Assembly: GCA_964016885.1 (NCBI GenBank)
Contig: OZ024759.1
Span: 10,788,001 to 10,852,000 of the forward strand
DNA: 64,000 bases
Origin: Eledone cirrhosa
Taxonomy: Eukaryota
Reading direction: 5' to 3'
Shown here: positions 1-10,640 of the stretch, one piece after another
How positions within the stretch are numbered: position 1 is the first letter of the stretch
Layout of the letters: each line of letters starts with the position of its first letter
Translations under genes and position numbers: made by a program
The notes under the pieces: generated by a model
Databases searched by the model: none
What the model saw: only the letters and a program-made list of their open reading frames with translations
What the model was told of the DNA's origin: nothing

Positions 1-272
1 CCTCACGGGGTCGATAAAATAAAGTACCAGTAATACACTGGGTAATTGCTGGCCTTGTGCCAAAAGTAGAAACAATTATTATTAACTGCAGGGCAGTGGA
101 TTGGCAGTATCGGTAGAGGGTCGGACGCCATGCTTTGCAGCAAAGAGTTACGACCCTTTATGATCTGAGGTTAACTTTGCCTTTCATCCTTACGGGGTCG
201 ATAAAATAAAGTACCAGTAATACACTGGGATAATTGCTGGCCTTGTGCCAAAGGTAGAAACAATTTTATTAA
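1..272 (+). mobile_element. Two tandem copies (one partial) of a tRNA-derived SINE with a Meta-like central domain
   Basis: gcctttcatccttacggggtcgataaaataaagtaccag core and ggccttgtgccaaaagtagaaacaatt tail; further copies near 3620-3770, 4257-4440, 10505-10620, 19960-20590, 22548-22660, 23480-23680, 24160-24280, 40110-40250, 44850-45540 and 53830-53965. Confidence 0.8.
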
Positions 273-372
273 CTACATTGTTTCTTTCCAGGGACTATGT
301 TGAAAAATAAACCTCATTTGGTCATTCCATGAGAGTATCTTGGTCAGCTGACCTCCGTATATATATATAAGG

Positions 373-535
373 ATGTCGGAAGTGTGGGCTTGTGGATTCA
401 ATGGTTTTTCACAACTGGTACCAGATTCCACAGAATCAAAGATAAAAACTCTCCAAGTGGTACATATAGATCTTGAAGATAAAGAAAAACTTATTGAGTG
501 TGAAATATCATGGTCATTTATTGTATGGCTCACAG
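373..535 (+). CDS. RCCD1: RCC1 domain-containing protein 1, exon 1
   Basis: ATG at 373; MSEVWACGFNGFSQL resembles the RCCD1 N-terminus; donor cag|gtaaat at 536, phase 1. Confidence 0.82.
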
Positions 536-1121
536 GTAAATATATTTCTGTGTTCATTTTATCTTTTATTTTCTTTGTTTCTGCTGTGTCAACGACAGAA
601 TAACTTCTCTAGTGTTTCATTAACTACACGATAAACGCACCCTGTACTCTCGGGTCTTGAATAATCGATTGTAAAGTGGTCTGTGTTAGGAAGAGCCTCC
701 AGCCGTAGAAAGCTGGCCAAAAAAGTGCTGGTGATCTACATGATAAACACACCCAGTACACACTGTAAAGCGGTTGGTATTAAGTAAAGCATCCAGCTGT
801 AGTCATCTTGCCAAATAAGTAATTAGGGGGATCCTTCAGTTTGTGTCAAAAGACATGACAACTTCTCCCCTTCACTCAATAATGACCATATGTAAGCAAG
901 ATACAGACCTCCTTAGCCTGTCTGGGACACTTGGGGCCCCATTTCAGTACTGACTTGGTCTATGTAGACTTGTCCAACCCTTGCTAGCATAATAATAACA
1001 ACTGTTAGATAAAGAGTATTAGAATATTTGTTCTAGTTTTGTGCATTTTGAGTTTAAATTCCATTTCTGGTCATTAGAAAAAAAAAATTATATAAGAATA
1101 GTGAAAATTTTTGTTTTTTTA

Positions 1122-1875
1122 CCCTTTAGTATTTACACCAGCCATATCTGGTCAGAATTCTCTCACTGCTTTCTATTCAAACCAGCCATAATCAACCACT
1201 CATACTGATGTTAAGGTATTGTTTTCAAAATAAATAATATCAAAATCTCATAGATTCAATATTATGTGAGGTAAAGCCTTTTCTGTGAGAAAGCAATAGT
1301 ATATATAGAGTAATGTAAATGCTATGTGAGATATTATGTGAGTTAAAGCCTTTATAGTGAAAATACAATAGTATATATAGAGTAATGTAAATGTTATGTG
1401 AGGTAAAGCCTTTACTATGAAAATACAATAGTATATATAGAGTCATGTAAATGTTATGTGAGATATTATGTGAGGTAAAGCCTTTACTGTGAAAATACAA
1501 TAGTATATATAGAGTAATGTAAATGTTATGTGAGATAAAGCCTTTACAGTGAAAATACAAAAGTAGATATAGAGTAATGTAAATGTTATGTGAGATATTA
1601 TGTGAGGTAAAGCCTTTACTGGGAAAATACAATAGTAGATATAGAGTAATGTAAATGTTATGTGAGTTATTATGTGAGGTAAAGCCTTTACTGTGAAAAT
1701 ACAATAGTATATATAGAGTAATGTAAATGTTATGCGAGATATTATGTGAGGTAAAGCCTTTACTGTGAAAATACAATAGTATATATAGAGTAATGTAAAT
1801 GTTATGCGAGATATTATGTGAGGTAAAGCTTTTACCATGAAAATATAATAGTATATATAGAGTAATGCTAAAGGG
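1122..1875. mobile_element. piggyBac-like MITE, family A, expanded by an internal 72/60-bp tandem repeat
   Basis: TIRs CCCTTTAGTATT...AATGCTAAAGGG flanked by TTTA/TTAA; compact copy at 19548-19768 and an interrupted copy ending at 22706. Confidence 0.7.
1260..1868. repeat. Minisatellite, 72-bp unit with 60-bp variants, about 9 copies
   Basis: gtaaagcc recurs at 72/60-bp spacing. Confidence 0.92.
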
Positions 1876-1952
1876 TTAAAAGATACTCACTAGTAAAGTT
1901 TGACTTGCAATAAACAGCAGCTAAATTCTATCAGTGATGGCTTGGTATTTAA

Positions 1953-2185
1953 CCATTCTGATAGCAGCCATTATTCTATGATACTGACTTGTTTAAAGAG
2001 TTTATATTTATGTAAACACCTTCCATTGCAATTTTATGTAAGAACCTTTGTTAAGTTATATTCTGAACAACTTAATAATGAGAAAGTTAGTTATATAACT
2101 AAATCTTTCCAAATTGTTGATAGTTTTTGAAATGATTTGAAAACAATAGACAGTGTCTTTTATTAGCAATATGGCAATGAAAGGG
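1953..2185. mobile_element. piggyBac-like MITE, family B
   Basis: TTAA|cca...gaaaggg|TTAA; homologous to 18266-19543, about 37135-37390 and the end fragment at 25495-25560. Confidence 0.6.
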
Positions 2186-3141
2186 TTAATGACATAGACA
2201 GTGTCTTTTATTAGCAATATGGCAATGAAAGGGTTAATGACATAGACAGTGTCTTTTATTAGCAATATGGCAATGAAAGGGTTAATGACATAGGCAGTGT
2301 CTTTTATTAGCAATATGGCAATGAAAGGGTTAATGACATAGACAGTGTCTTTCCTTAGAAATATGGTAATGAAAGGGTTAATGACATAGACAGTGTCTTT
2401 CATTAGCAATATGGTAATGAAAGGGTTAATGACATAGACAGTGTCTTTCATTAGAAATATGGTAATGGAAGGGTTAATGACATAGAAAGTGTCTTTCATT
2501 AGAAATATGGTAATGAAAGGGTTAATGACATAGACAGTGTCTTTCATTAGAAATATGGTAATGAAAGGGTTAATGACATAGACAGTGTCTTTCATTAGAA
2601 ATATGGTAATGAAAGGGTTAATGACATAGACAGTGTCTTTCATTAGAAATATGGTAATGAAAGGGTTAATGACATAGACAGTGTCTTTCATTAGAAATAT
2701 GGTAATGAAATGGTTAATGACATAGACAGTATCTTTCATTAGAAATATGGTAATGAAAGGGTTAATGACATAGACAGTATCTTTCATTAGAAATATGGTA
2801 ATGAAAGGGTTAATGACATAGACAGTGTCTTTTATTAGCAATATGGCAATGAAAGGGTTAATGACATAGGCAGTGTCTTTTATTAGCAATATGGCAATGA
2901 AAGGGTTAATGACATAGACAGTGTCTTTCCTTAGAAATATGGTAATGAAAGGGTTAATGACATAGACAGTATCTTTCATTAGAAATATGGTAATGAAAGG
3001 GTTAATGACATAGACAGTATCTTTCATTAGAAATATGGTAATGAAAGGGTTAACGACATAGACAGTGTCTTTCATTAGAAATATGGTAATGAAAGGGTTA
3101 ATGACATAGACAGTGTCTTTCATTAGAAATATGGTAATGAA
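2146..3141. repeat. Minisatellite, 48-bp unit, about 20 copies, derived from the MITE-B right terminus
   Basis: Unit atagacagtgtctttcattagaaatatggtaatgaaagggttaatgac. Confidence 0.95.
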
Positions 3142-3163
3142 ACGAATATTTCTCTATTTTTAG

Positions 3164-3403
3164 ATCAACACAGAGTTATTACACATGGCTTCAGTTCAGA
3201 TAAATTTGATTCCAGCATTGCTAAGCTGAGTTTACCAACCACAAGTATCTCCTTGTTGTCATCACATCTTGTCATCACTGATACCAATTCTACACTACAT
3301 GAATGGTGGCAAGGTAACTTCATACAGGTGACACTGAAAGGTGTAGACAACTTCAAACCTAAACAATTCCGCAGCAGGGAAACAAAGTGTATTGCTATCA
3401 GTG
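3164..3403 (+). CDS. RCCD1: RCCD1 exon 2
   Basis: Acceptor ttttttag|, donor g|gtaagt; 240 nt open in the phase required by both flanking exons. Confidence 0.8.
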
Positions 3404-4486
3404 GTAAGTACCAAACATTTGTTAAATATTTTCTTCTTATGCATATGGTCTTGTAAATCACGAGAGAGTCGTAGGGGTGCTGTATTTAATGTACAGCGTT
3501 TCTAGGGCATTTTTAAACCTGGTGGAGCCCATCTCCTCTTCTGGTCTGAGTACAGTTGATTTCTTCCAGAAGAGGGTAGAAAAAGTGAAAGAAAGGAAGT
3601 GAGAAAGAGATATAGAGGGAGAATCAACCCCAGTATATGACTGGTACTTTTTTTATTGATCTCAAATGGATGAAATGCAGAGTTGACCTTGGCAGGATTT
3701 GAATTCAGAGGGCTGGAACAAATACCACACAGCATTCTATTGAACATTCTAACGATTTGCCACCTTAACTTTCTTTTTATATCACCATTTAACATCTACT
3801 TTTCCATCCTGGCGTGGATTCGCTAGTGTAGAGAAGAAACATAAAATTGTCTACCTTGCCAACCCTACCCTAATATCTAACTATATAATCCACTAAGTCC
3901 ACTCACCCAACCTCTGGCTGGCTTCTGGTCCCCACACACAAGGAAAAGACACCTTATCTTTGTCCCCTTCCGTTCATATGATGTCACTCTTTCTGTCACT
4001 TCCAGCATGCCACAGTTTTTGGTGTGAGTGAGATAAAAATGCACACTGGAATGTATGTAAGCAAGATGCAGTTCCCTCAGCCATCTGTGTACTCAGCACT
4101 GTGCAGCAACGTTGTTTAAACAAGATGTGAGACCCTAACCCATCTGAGCACTCAACAGAGTGCAGCAATGTTACGTAAGCTATTGCAGGCTCTCTAAGAG
4201 TGGCTCTGCTCTGATTAAGTCTTTGATGATCTGCTAGCAGGGAACATGGACATAGAATAATAATTGTTTCTACTTTTGGAACAAGGCCAGCAATTACCCA
4301 GTACATTACTGGTACTTTATTTTATCGACCCCCGTAAGGATGAAAGGCAAAGTTAACCTCGACGGGATTTGAACTCAGACCGTAAAGGGACGTAACTATG
4401 CTAGAAAGCATGGCGTCCAACCCTCTACCAATACTGCCTTGAATAATAATGATGATGATGATGATGATTGATTCTTTCTATTGCAG

Positions 4487-4652
4487 AAGAGAATACTCCA
4501 GTCGAAGTCCAGCCCTGTTACCAGCCATCGACTATAGAATACATCTGTAGACCTCTTCTGGTGGAATGTGCCATCAAGTCTGTGGCATGTGGTGTAGATC
4601 ATGCCTTAATGCTTTCTAATTATGGATCTGTCTTTTCCTATGGATCAGGAAG
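4487..4652 (+). CDS. RCCD1: RCCD1 exon 3
   Basis: Acceptor ttgcag|; RCC1 motif IKSVACGVDHALMLSNYGSVFSYGSG; donor ag|gtttg, phase 2. Confidence 0.9.
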
Positions 4653-5028
4653 GTTTGTTGCCCTCCTTCCTCAACACATGACCCAATCATCTCATTCTAT
4701 TTGTCTTTACAACATCCATCACTTGTTCTATTCCTCTCACCCCAGTCACTTCCATACTTCCTCCACACATGACCAAACCATCTCATTCCATTTCTCTTCA
4801 CAACATTCATCACTGACTCCATTCTGATCATCTTTTACAATTCAGTGTCACATTATAACTTTAAGGATAAAAGAAAAATTATATTTATCACAAAAGTTTT
4901 GTAGTTTGCAAAGTGTAGAAAACAGTATTTTGTTTGAAAGCTACGGCAATGTGAATTGTGTGGTAAATGTCTTCAACGAACAAATAGCAGATTAAGAGGA
5001 AAAGAAAAAGAAAATATAAATATATATA

Positions 5029-5205
5029 TAGGAAAAGAGTCAGGACCTGATGGCTGAGCTCAAGCTGTTTCAACAGTTAGATGTCAAAACGCCCAGAGCT
5101 CAACCATCAGGGTCATGACTCTTTTCCTATTACACACTCTACTACCCTAAGTATTGAGTACTCTGGTGCGTTATGGTCCACCTGGTATCTTACCACACCT
5201 TTGTT
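5029..5205 (+). mobile_element. Solo Penelope-like pLTR fragment with fold-back hairpin
   Basis: Inverted repeat about 5029-5063/5096-5129; 5085-5200 matches the reverse complement of 56720-56840, upstream of the Hydra-type ORF; ends in (TA)n. Confidence 0.75.
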
Positions 5206-5312
5206 ATATATATATATATATATATATACTGCTCCAAACCAGTTTCTTCTTTTCATCTTTTGATGAAGGGATTATATCCTGAAATATAAAGGAGCTATAC
5301 AGAACTACAAGG

Positions 5313-5647
5313 TCATCATTTCATTTTACGTCCACATTCCCCTGCTTGCAAGGGTGGGACGGGAACTGATTTTGGCTTGATTTCTACAGCTGGATGCCCT
5401 TCCTAACACCAACCTCATTTACAGTGAGTGCTGGGTGCTTTTTTTTCCATGGCACCTCCACGACCACTTTGCAGTGGAATGATAGGGATCCCAGTCCCTA
5501 TCATCTCATTTCTACAGCTGAGTAAACTGGAGCAATGTGAAATAAAGTGTCTTGCTCAAGGAAACAACACATCACCCGGTCTGAGAATTGAACTCACAAC
5601 CTTTCGATTGCAAGGCCAATGCTCTAACCACTAAGCCATGTGCCTCC
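5313..5647 (-). mobile_element. Full-length tRNA-derived SINE with RTE-type 3' tail
   Basis: A box tggcttagtgg, B-box-like agttcaattc, ccttgagcaagacact domain, tail ggacgtaaaatga; nearly identical to 54638-54982. Confidence 0.85.
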
Positions 5648-5757
5648 ATCGGTAACATAAGGTAACATATCCAATATCATTGTTATCATATTTTTAACAT
5701 TTACTGTCCAATTTACACTGTGGTTGCTTTCATGTGAAACACTATTTTATATATATA

Positions 5758-6622
5758 CTAGCAGAATGGCCCGGCGTTGCTCGGGATTCTAAACATAGAC
5801 TGGCATGTTTATCCCTCCTTTCTGAAACAGTACAGAGAAGTACGGAATACCTCGGCCTCGGGATGGTGTCTACATTTTGTGCTTTTGTGAAATAAATACG
5901 TTTGTTTATATTTTGTTTTTGTGTATGTAAAAATATCTGTACACGAATATATAATTATCATCATTATCATTTTACGTCCGCTTTTCCCTCCTTGCAAGGG
6001 TAGGATGGGAACTGATTCTGGCTTGATTTCTACAGCTGGATGCCCTTCCTAACACCAACCTCATTTACAGTGAGTGCTGGCTGCTTTTTTTTCTGTGGCG
6101 CCTACATATATATATATATATTAAAATAACAGATTTAAGCAAAGAATCGCTGCTTTCACCCTTAACAGGATCTTCTGAAACTAAAAAAATCAATCTGTGA
6201 ACGCAGAAGTAAATATTTCGAAAAACGTTGCAAGCGAAGGAAAACAGGAAGACGATACTTTGGTTCGTGAAGACATTCCCTGGCAATGAATGGAAAATAG
6301 CGAAGATAATACCTCAGCAATGAGAACAATATTTGTCATAATGTCGTAATGCAGACAGCCAGACATACAGACAGATATTATAAGGGCACAACGTTATAGC
6401 TATGTATCTATCTAAAATTACAGACTAAGAAAGATAGAGAGATCGCTAACCGGCGCCTAATGCGGTCCCTAGGGCATTGAAAATTTGAAATATTTTTTGC
6501 TCGAAACACTCACACGGCCATAAGTATTACCTGTGTAAAGTTTGAAAAAATTCGGTTGGGTGGTTCTCGAGTTTTAGGGAGTCAGACAGACAGACAGACA
6601 TTCTCTGTTTTAGATATATAGA
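5758..6622 (-). mobile_element. Non-autonomous Helitron with a nested SINE/RTE tail (about 5960-6105)
   Basis: Minus strand starts A|TCTATATATC with (TGTC)n and ends cccg-agcaacgc-cggg hairpin + CTAG|T. Confidence 0.8.
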
Positions 6623-6682
6623 TTACATTCACTTGTTTGTATTCTAAGTCTAAAGGTGGTGAGCTTGGAGGCTCAACACGCT

Positions 6683-7060
6683 AGTGCTTATCCCGATTTC
6701 CATGGCGTTAAGCAATTGAGAGTACAAGACTCCCCTCAGGACATTCCATTTCAAGGTTAACCTCCCACCTAGCTATTGCTAGTACTCATTTTCAACTGAG
6801 TACACTGGAGCAACATATAATGAAGTGTTTTACTTAATAACACAATATAACCCAGTCCAGGAATCAAACCCACAACATCATGATGCTAAGTCCAACACTC
6901 TTACTACTAGGCCACACAACCCAGTCCAGGAATCAAACCCATGACATTATGAGGCTAAGTCCAACACTCTTACCACTAGGCCACACAACCCAGTCCAGGA
7001 ATCAAACCCATGGCATCATGATCGTAATCTAACACCCTTACCTCTGGGCCATGCGCTTCC
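6683..7060 (-). mobile_element. SINE with triplicated tRNA-like head
   Basis: Three about 70-bp direct repeats (cccagtccaggaatcaaaccc...tccaacactcttaccactaggcca) precede the SINE body. Confidence 0.65.
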
Positions 7061-7113
7061 ACTTGTTTACATTGGGGTGGTACTTCTAAATGTTTCTTTT
7101 GTTATTTGGACAG

Positions 7114-7238
7114 CCGAGGACAAACTGGTCATGGAACAACAGAAGACATTCTTGGTCAGCCAAAAGTTATCGAGGCTCTGGAAGGAGTTAACATGGTGAT
7201 GATAGCTTCAGGAAACTGGCATTCAGCTGCACTATCAG
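7114..7238 (+). CDS. RCCD1: RCCD1 exon 4
   Basis: RCC1 repeat SRGQTGHG...PKVIEALEGVNMVMIASGNWHSAALS; splice sites cag| and g|gtaaa. Confidence 0.92.
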
Positions 7239-7900
7239 GTAAAATATTCTATTTTCATAATTGCCATCATTTTAACGTCTGCTTTCCCTGTTAGGAAAGG
7301 TTGGACAATAACTTATTCATTTTCAGTGAAGTCCAGCAGTAAATATCTCACATTTTCTAAACCACAAAGAAACAAATTGATGATGATGAATGATCATCAT
7401 ATATATCATCATCATCATCGTTTAACGTCCATCTTCCATGCTAGCAGGGTTAGATGGTTTTGTTTCACTTGATCCGGGATTGGCCGGGAGACCATGTCTC
7501 ACTCGTACATATATATATATATATATATTTAAATTTTAATGTCTTTTTAATACATTTAAATTAAATCTGTCAGCCAAATAACAACTCTTCTCCAACTGCT
7601 CATTAAATACCTATACACAGATCCTCTCTTGAGAATGGGTTTTTAAATCTGAAAATATTTGCGATTAATAAATTGCTGAGGTAAAATTGTATCACCCTCA
7701 CTCTTTTCTTCTCTATAACTCCTATTACATTGGCACTTTTAATCTTGCATGCATTGTAGGGCTTCCAAATATTTAAACTTATTTAAATTTGTATTTCTTA
7801 TTCCACAATGCTTCAAGGAAACTACAACAATTTGTTATATATATATGTGTGTGTGTGTGTGTGTCCATTCCAGCGGAGTCTTCTCTCAGTTTATCCATGT

Positions 7901-8622
7901 CCTGTCTTTCATACACACCACCATTACACATCTAATGTAGCATGCTGACTTTATTTCTCTCCAGCCTCACTATATCCATACCAGTTACCACCCATGTCTT
8001 ACTACCATACCCCACTCTTCATACACACCACCATTACACATCCAATGTAGCATGCTGACTTTATTTCTCTCCAGCCTCACTATATCCATACCATTTACCA
8101 CCCATGTCTCACTGCCATACCCTGTCTTTCATACACACCACCATTACACATCTAATGTAGCATGCTGACTTTATTTCTCTCCAGCCTCACTATATCCATA
8201 CCAGTTACCACCCATGTCTTACTACCATACCCCACTCTTCATACACACCACCATTACACATCTAATGTAGCATGCTGACTTTATTTCTCTCCAGCCTCAC
8301 TATATCCACACCAGTTACCACCCATGTCACACTACCATACCCCACTCTTCATACACACCACCATTACACATCCAATGTAGCATGCTGGCTTTATTTCCCT
8401 CTAGTCTCACTATATCCATACCAGTTACCACCCATGTCTCACTACCATACCACACTCTTCATACACACCACCATTACACATCCAATGTAGCATGCTGGCT
8501 TTATTTCCCTCTAGTCTCACTATATCCATACCAGTTACCACCCATGTCTCACTACCATACCACACTCTTCATACACACCACCATTACACATCCAATGTAG
8601 CATGCTGACTTTATTTCTCTAT
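7901..8622. repeat. Intronic minisatellite, 110-bp unit, about 6.5 copies
   Basis: atacacaccaccattacaca at 7911, 8021, 8131, 8241, 8351, 8461 and 8571. Confidence 0.95.
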
Positions 8623-8704
8623 ATCTCTCTTACATACTATGTATGTCTGTCTGCGAGTAAATGTTTCAAATTCCTTCTTTCTTTCTTTCTGTCTTTCTTG
8701 GCAG

Positions 8705-8929
8705 AATTTGGAGATTTGTACATGTGGGGATGGAACGATTGTGGCCAACTTGGTCTTCCTTGTAATAAAATTAGGGATCGTGGGTTTAAAATTGATGATC
8801 AATGCAGCAGAAAGAGTGACTCAGTAACAGTTCAGGCTTTGCCATGTTTGGTGCCGCTGCCAGAAGACAAAGAAGAAATCATTGTCACAAAAGTTGCCTG
8901 TGGGGCACGGCATACGGCAGTTCTAACAA
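8705..8929 (+). CDS. RCCD1: RCCD1 exon 5
   Basis: GDLYMWGWNDCGQLGLP...KVACGARHTAVLT; polypyrimidine acceptor and a|gtaagt donor. Confidence 0.93.
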
Positions 8930-9273
8930 GTAAGTATAATATACTTATTACCTTTCATCCTTTCAAGGTCCATATAAAAAACATACCAGTCAAATACTGG
9001 GGTTGATTCTTCCTCAATATCTCTTTCTCACTTCTATTCTCTCTCTGGAAGAAATCAGCTGTATTGGGGCCTAGAGAAGAGATGAACTCTGCCAGGTTTA
9101 AACTGCTAAGACATGCCCTATGTTCTTACAACTCCATCAGGAGTTATGGGTCTATATATATACATCATCATCATCACTGTTTAACATCAATGTTCCATAC
9201 CTGGGTTAGATGGTTGTCACATACTGGGGCCTGACAAGCTAGGTAACTAGATCCTGCTCATATGCTTTGTTTT

Positions 9274-10200
9274 GGCTTGCTTTCTACAGCTGGATGTCCT
9301 TCCTAACATCAACCACGTTTACAGAGTGTACCGGGAGCATGGTTTCTACAGCTGGATGTCCTTCCTAACACCAACCACTATACAGAGTGTACTAGGAGCA
9401 TGGTTTCTACAGCTGGATGCCCTTCCTAACACCAACCACTATACAGAGTGTACTAGGAGCATGGCTTCTACAGCTGGATGTCCTTCCTAACACCAACCAC
9501 TATACAGAGTGTACTAGGAGCATGGCTTCTACAGCTGGATGTCCTTCCTAACACCAACCACTATACAGAGTGTACTAGGAGCATGGCTTCTATAGCTGGA
9601 TGTCCTTCCTAACACCAACCACTATACAGAGTGTACTAGGAGCATGGCTTCTATGGCTGGATGTCCTTCCTAACACCAACCACGTTTACAGAGTGTACCG
9701 GGAGCATGGTTTCTACAGCTGGATGTCCTTCCTAACACCAACCACTATACAGAGTGTACTAGGAGCATGGCTTCTACAGCTGGATGTCCTTCCTAACACC
9801 AACCACTATACAGAGTGTACTAGGAGCATGGCTTCTATGGCTGGATGTCCTTCCTAACACCAACCACTATACAGAGTGTACCGGGAGCATGGTTTCTACA
9901 GCTGGATGTCCTTCCTAACACCAACCACTATACAGAGTGTACTGGGAGCATGGTTTCTACAGCTGGATGTCCTTCCTAACACCAACCACCTTACAGAGTG
10001 TACCGGGAGCATGGTTTCTACAGCTGGATGTCCTTCCTAACACCAACCACTATACAGAGTGTACTAGGAGCATGGTTTCTATGGCTGGATGTCCTTCCTA
10101 ACACCAACCACTATACAGAGTGTACCGGGAGCATGGTTTCTACAGCTGGATGTCCTTCCTAACACCAACCACTATACAGAGTGTACTGGGAGCATGGGTT
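9274..10200. repeat. Minisatellite, about 61-bp unit, about 15 copies, derived from the RTE/SINE tail
   Basis: Unit ggtttctacagctggatgtccttcctaacaccaaccactatacagagtgtactaggagcat; preceded by the element's tail at 9165-9270. Confidence 0.93.
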
Positions 10201-10241
10201 TTATGGCTGTACTTTTTAACACATTCTGTTGTTTGTTTCAG

Positions 10242-10459
10242 ATTGCTGTAAATTACTGACCAGTGGCTGGAATGGTTATGGTCAGTTAGGTGTTGGAGAT
10301 GATTATAACAGAGATTGTCTTAGTTATGTACAAGATCAACATCTTCCTTTCTCCAGATGTTGTCCAGAACAACTTGGTGTTTACTGCGGCAGCTGGAACA
10401 CAGTCTTATTTCTAACAAAAGCACAGACAGAAACTTCAACACCAAATTCTTTAAATTAA
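10242..10459 (+). CDS. RCCD1: RCCD1 exon 6 (last coding exon)
   Basis: GWNGYGQLGVGD...VYCGSWNTVLF, stop TAA; the six exons sum to 1137 nt (378 aa), a typical RCCD1 length. Confidence 0.92.
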
Positions 10460-10640
10460 AGTGTTTTTGTTGTTCAATATATTTGTTTTGCTTTTTGCTT
10501 TTTGCTTTTTCATTTCTGAGTTCAAATCACTGCCAAGGTTGACTTTGCATTTCATCCTTCCTAGGGTCGACACATTAAACAACAGTCAAGTACTGTTGTC
10601 AATATAATCAACTGTTCCCTCTTTCTCCTCCCTCCTCTCC

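Noticed and set aside
2056-3123. 355-aa repeat protein, and similar ORFs at 1240-1838, 10654-13340, 20629-21159 and 60976-61734
   Set aside because: Frames stay open only because unit lengths are multiples of 3; the units are non-coding repeats
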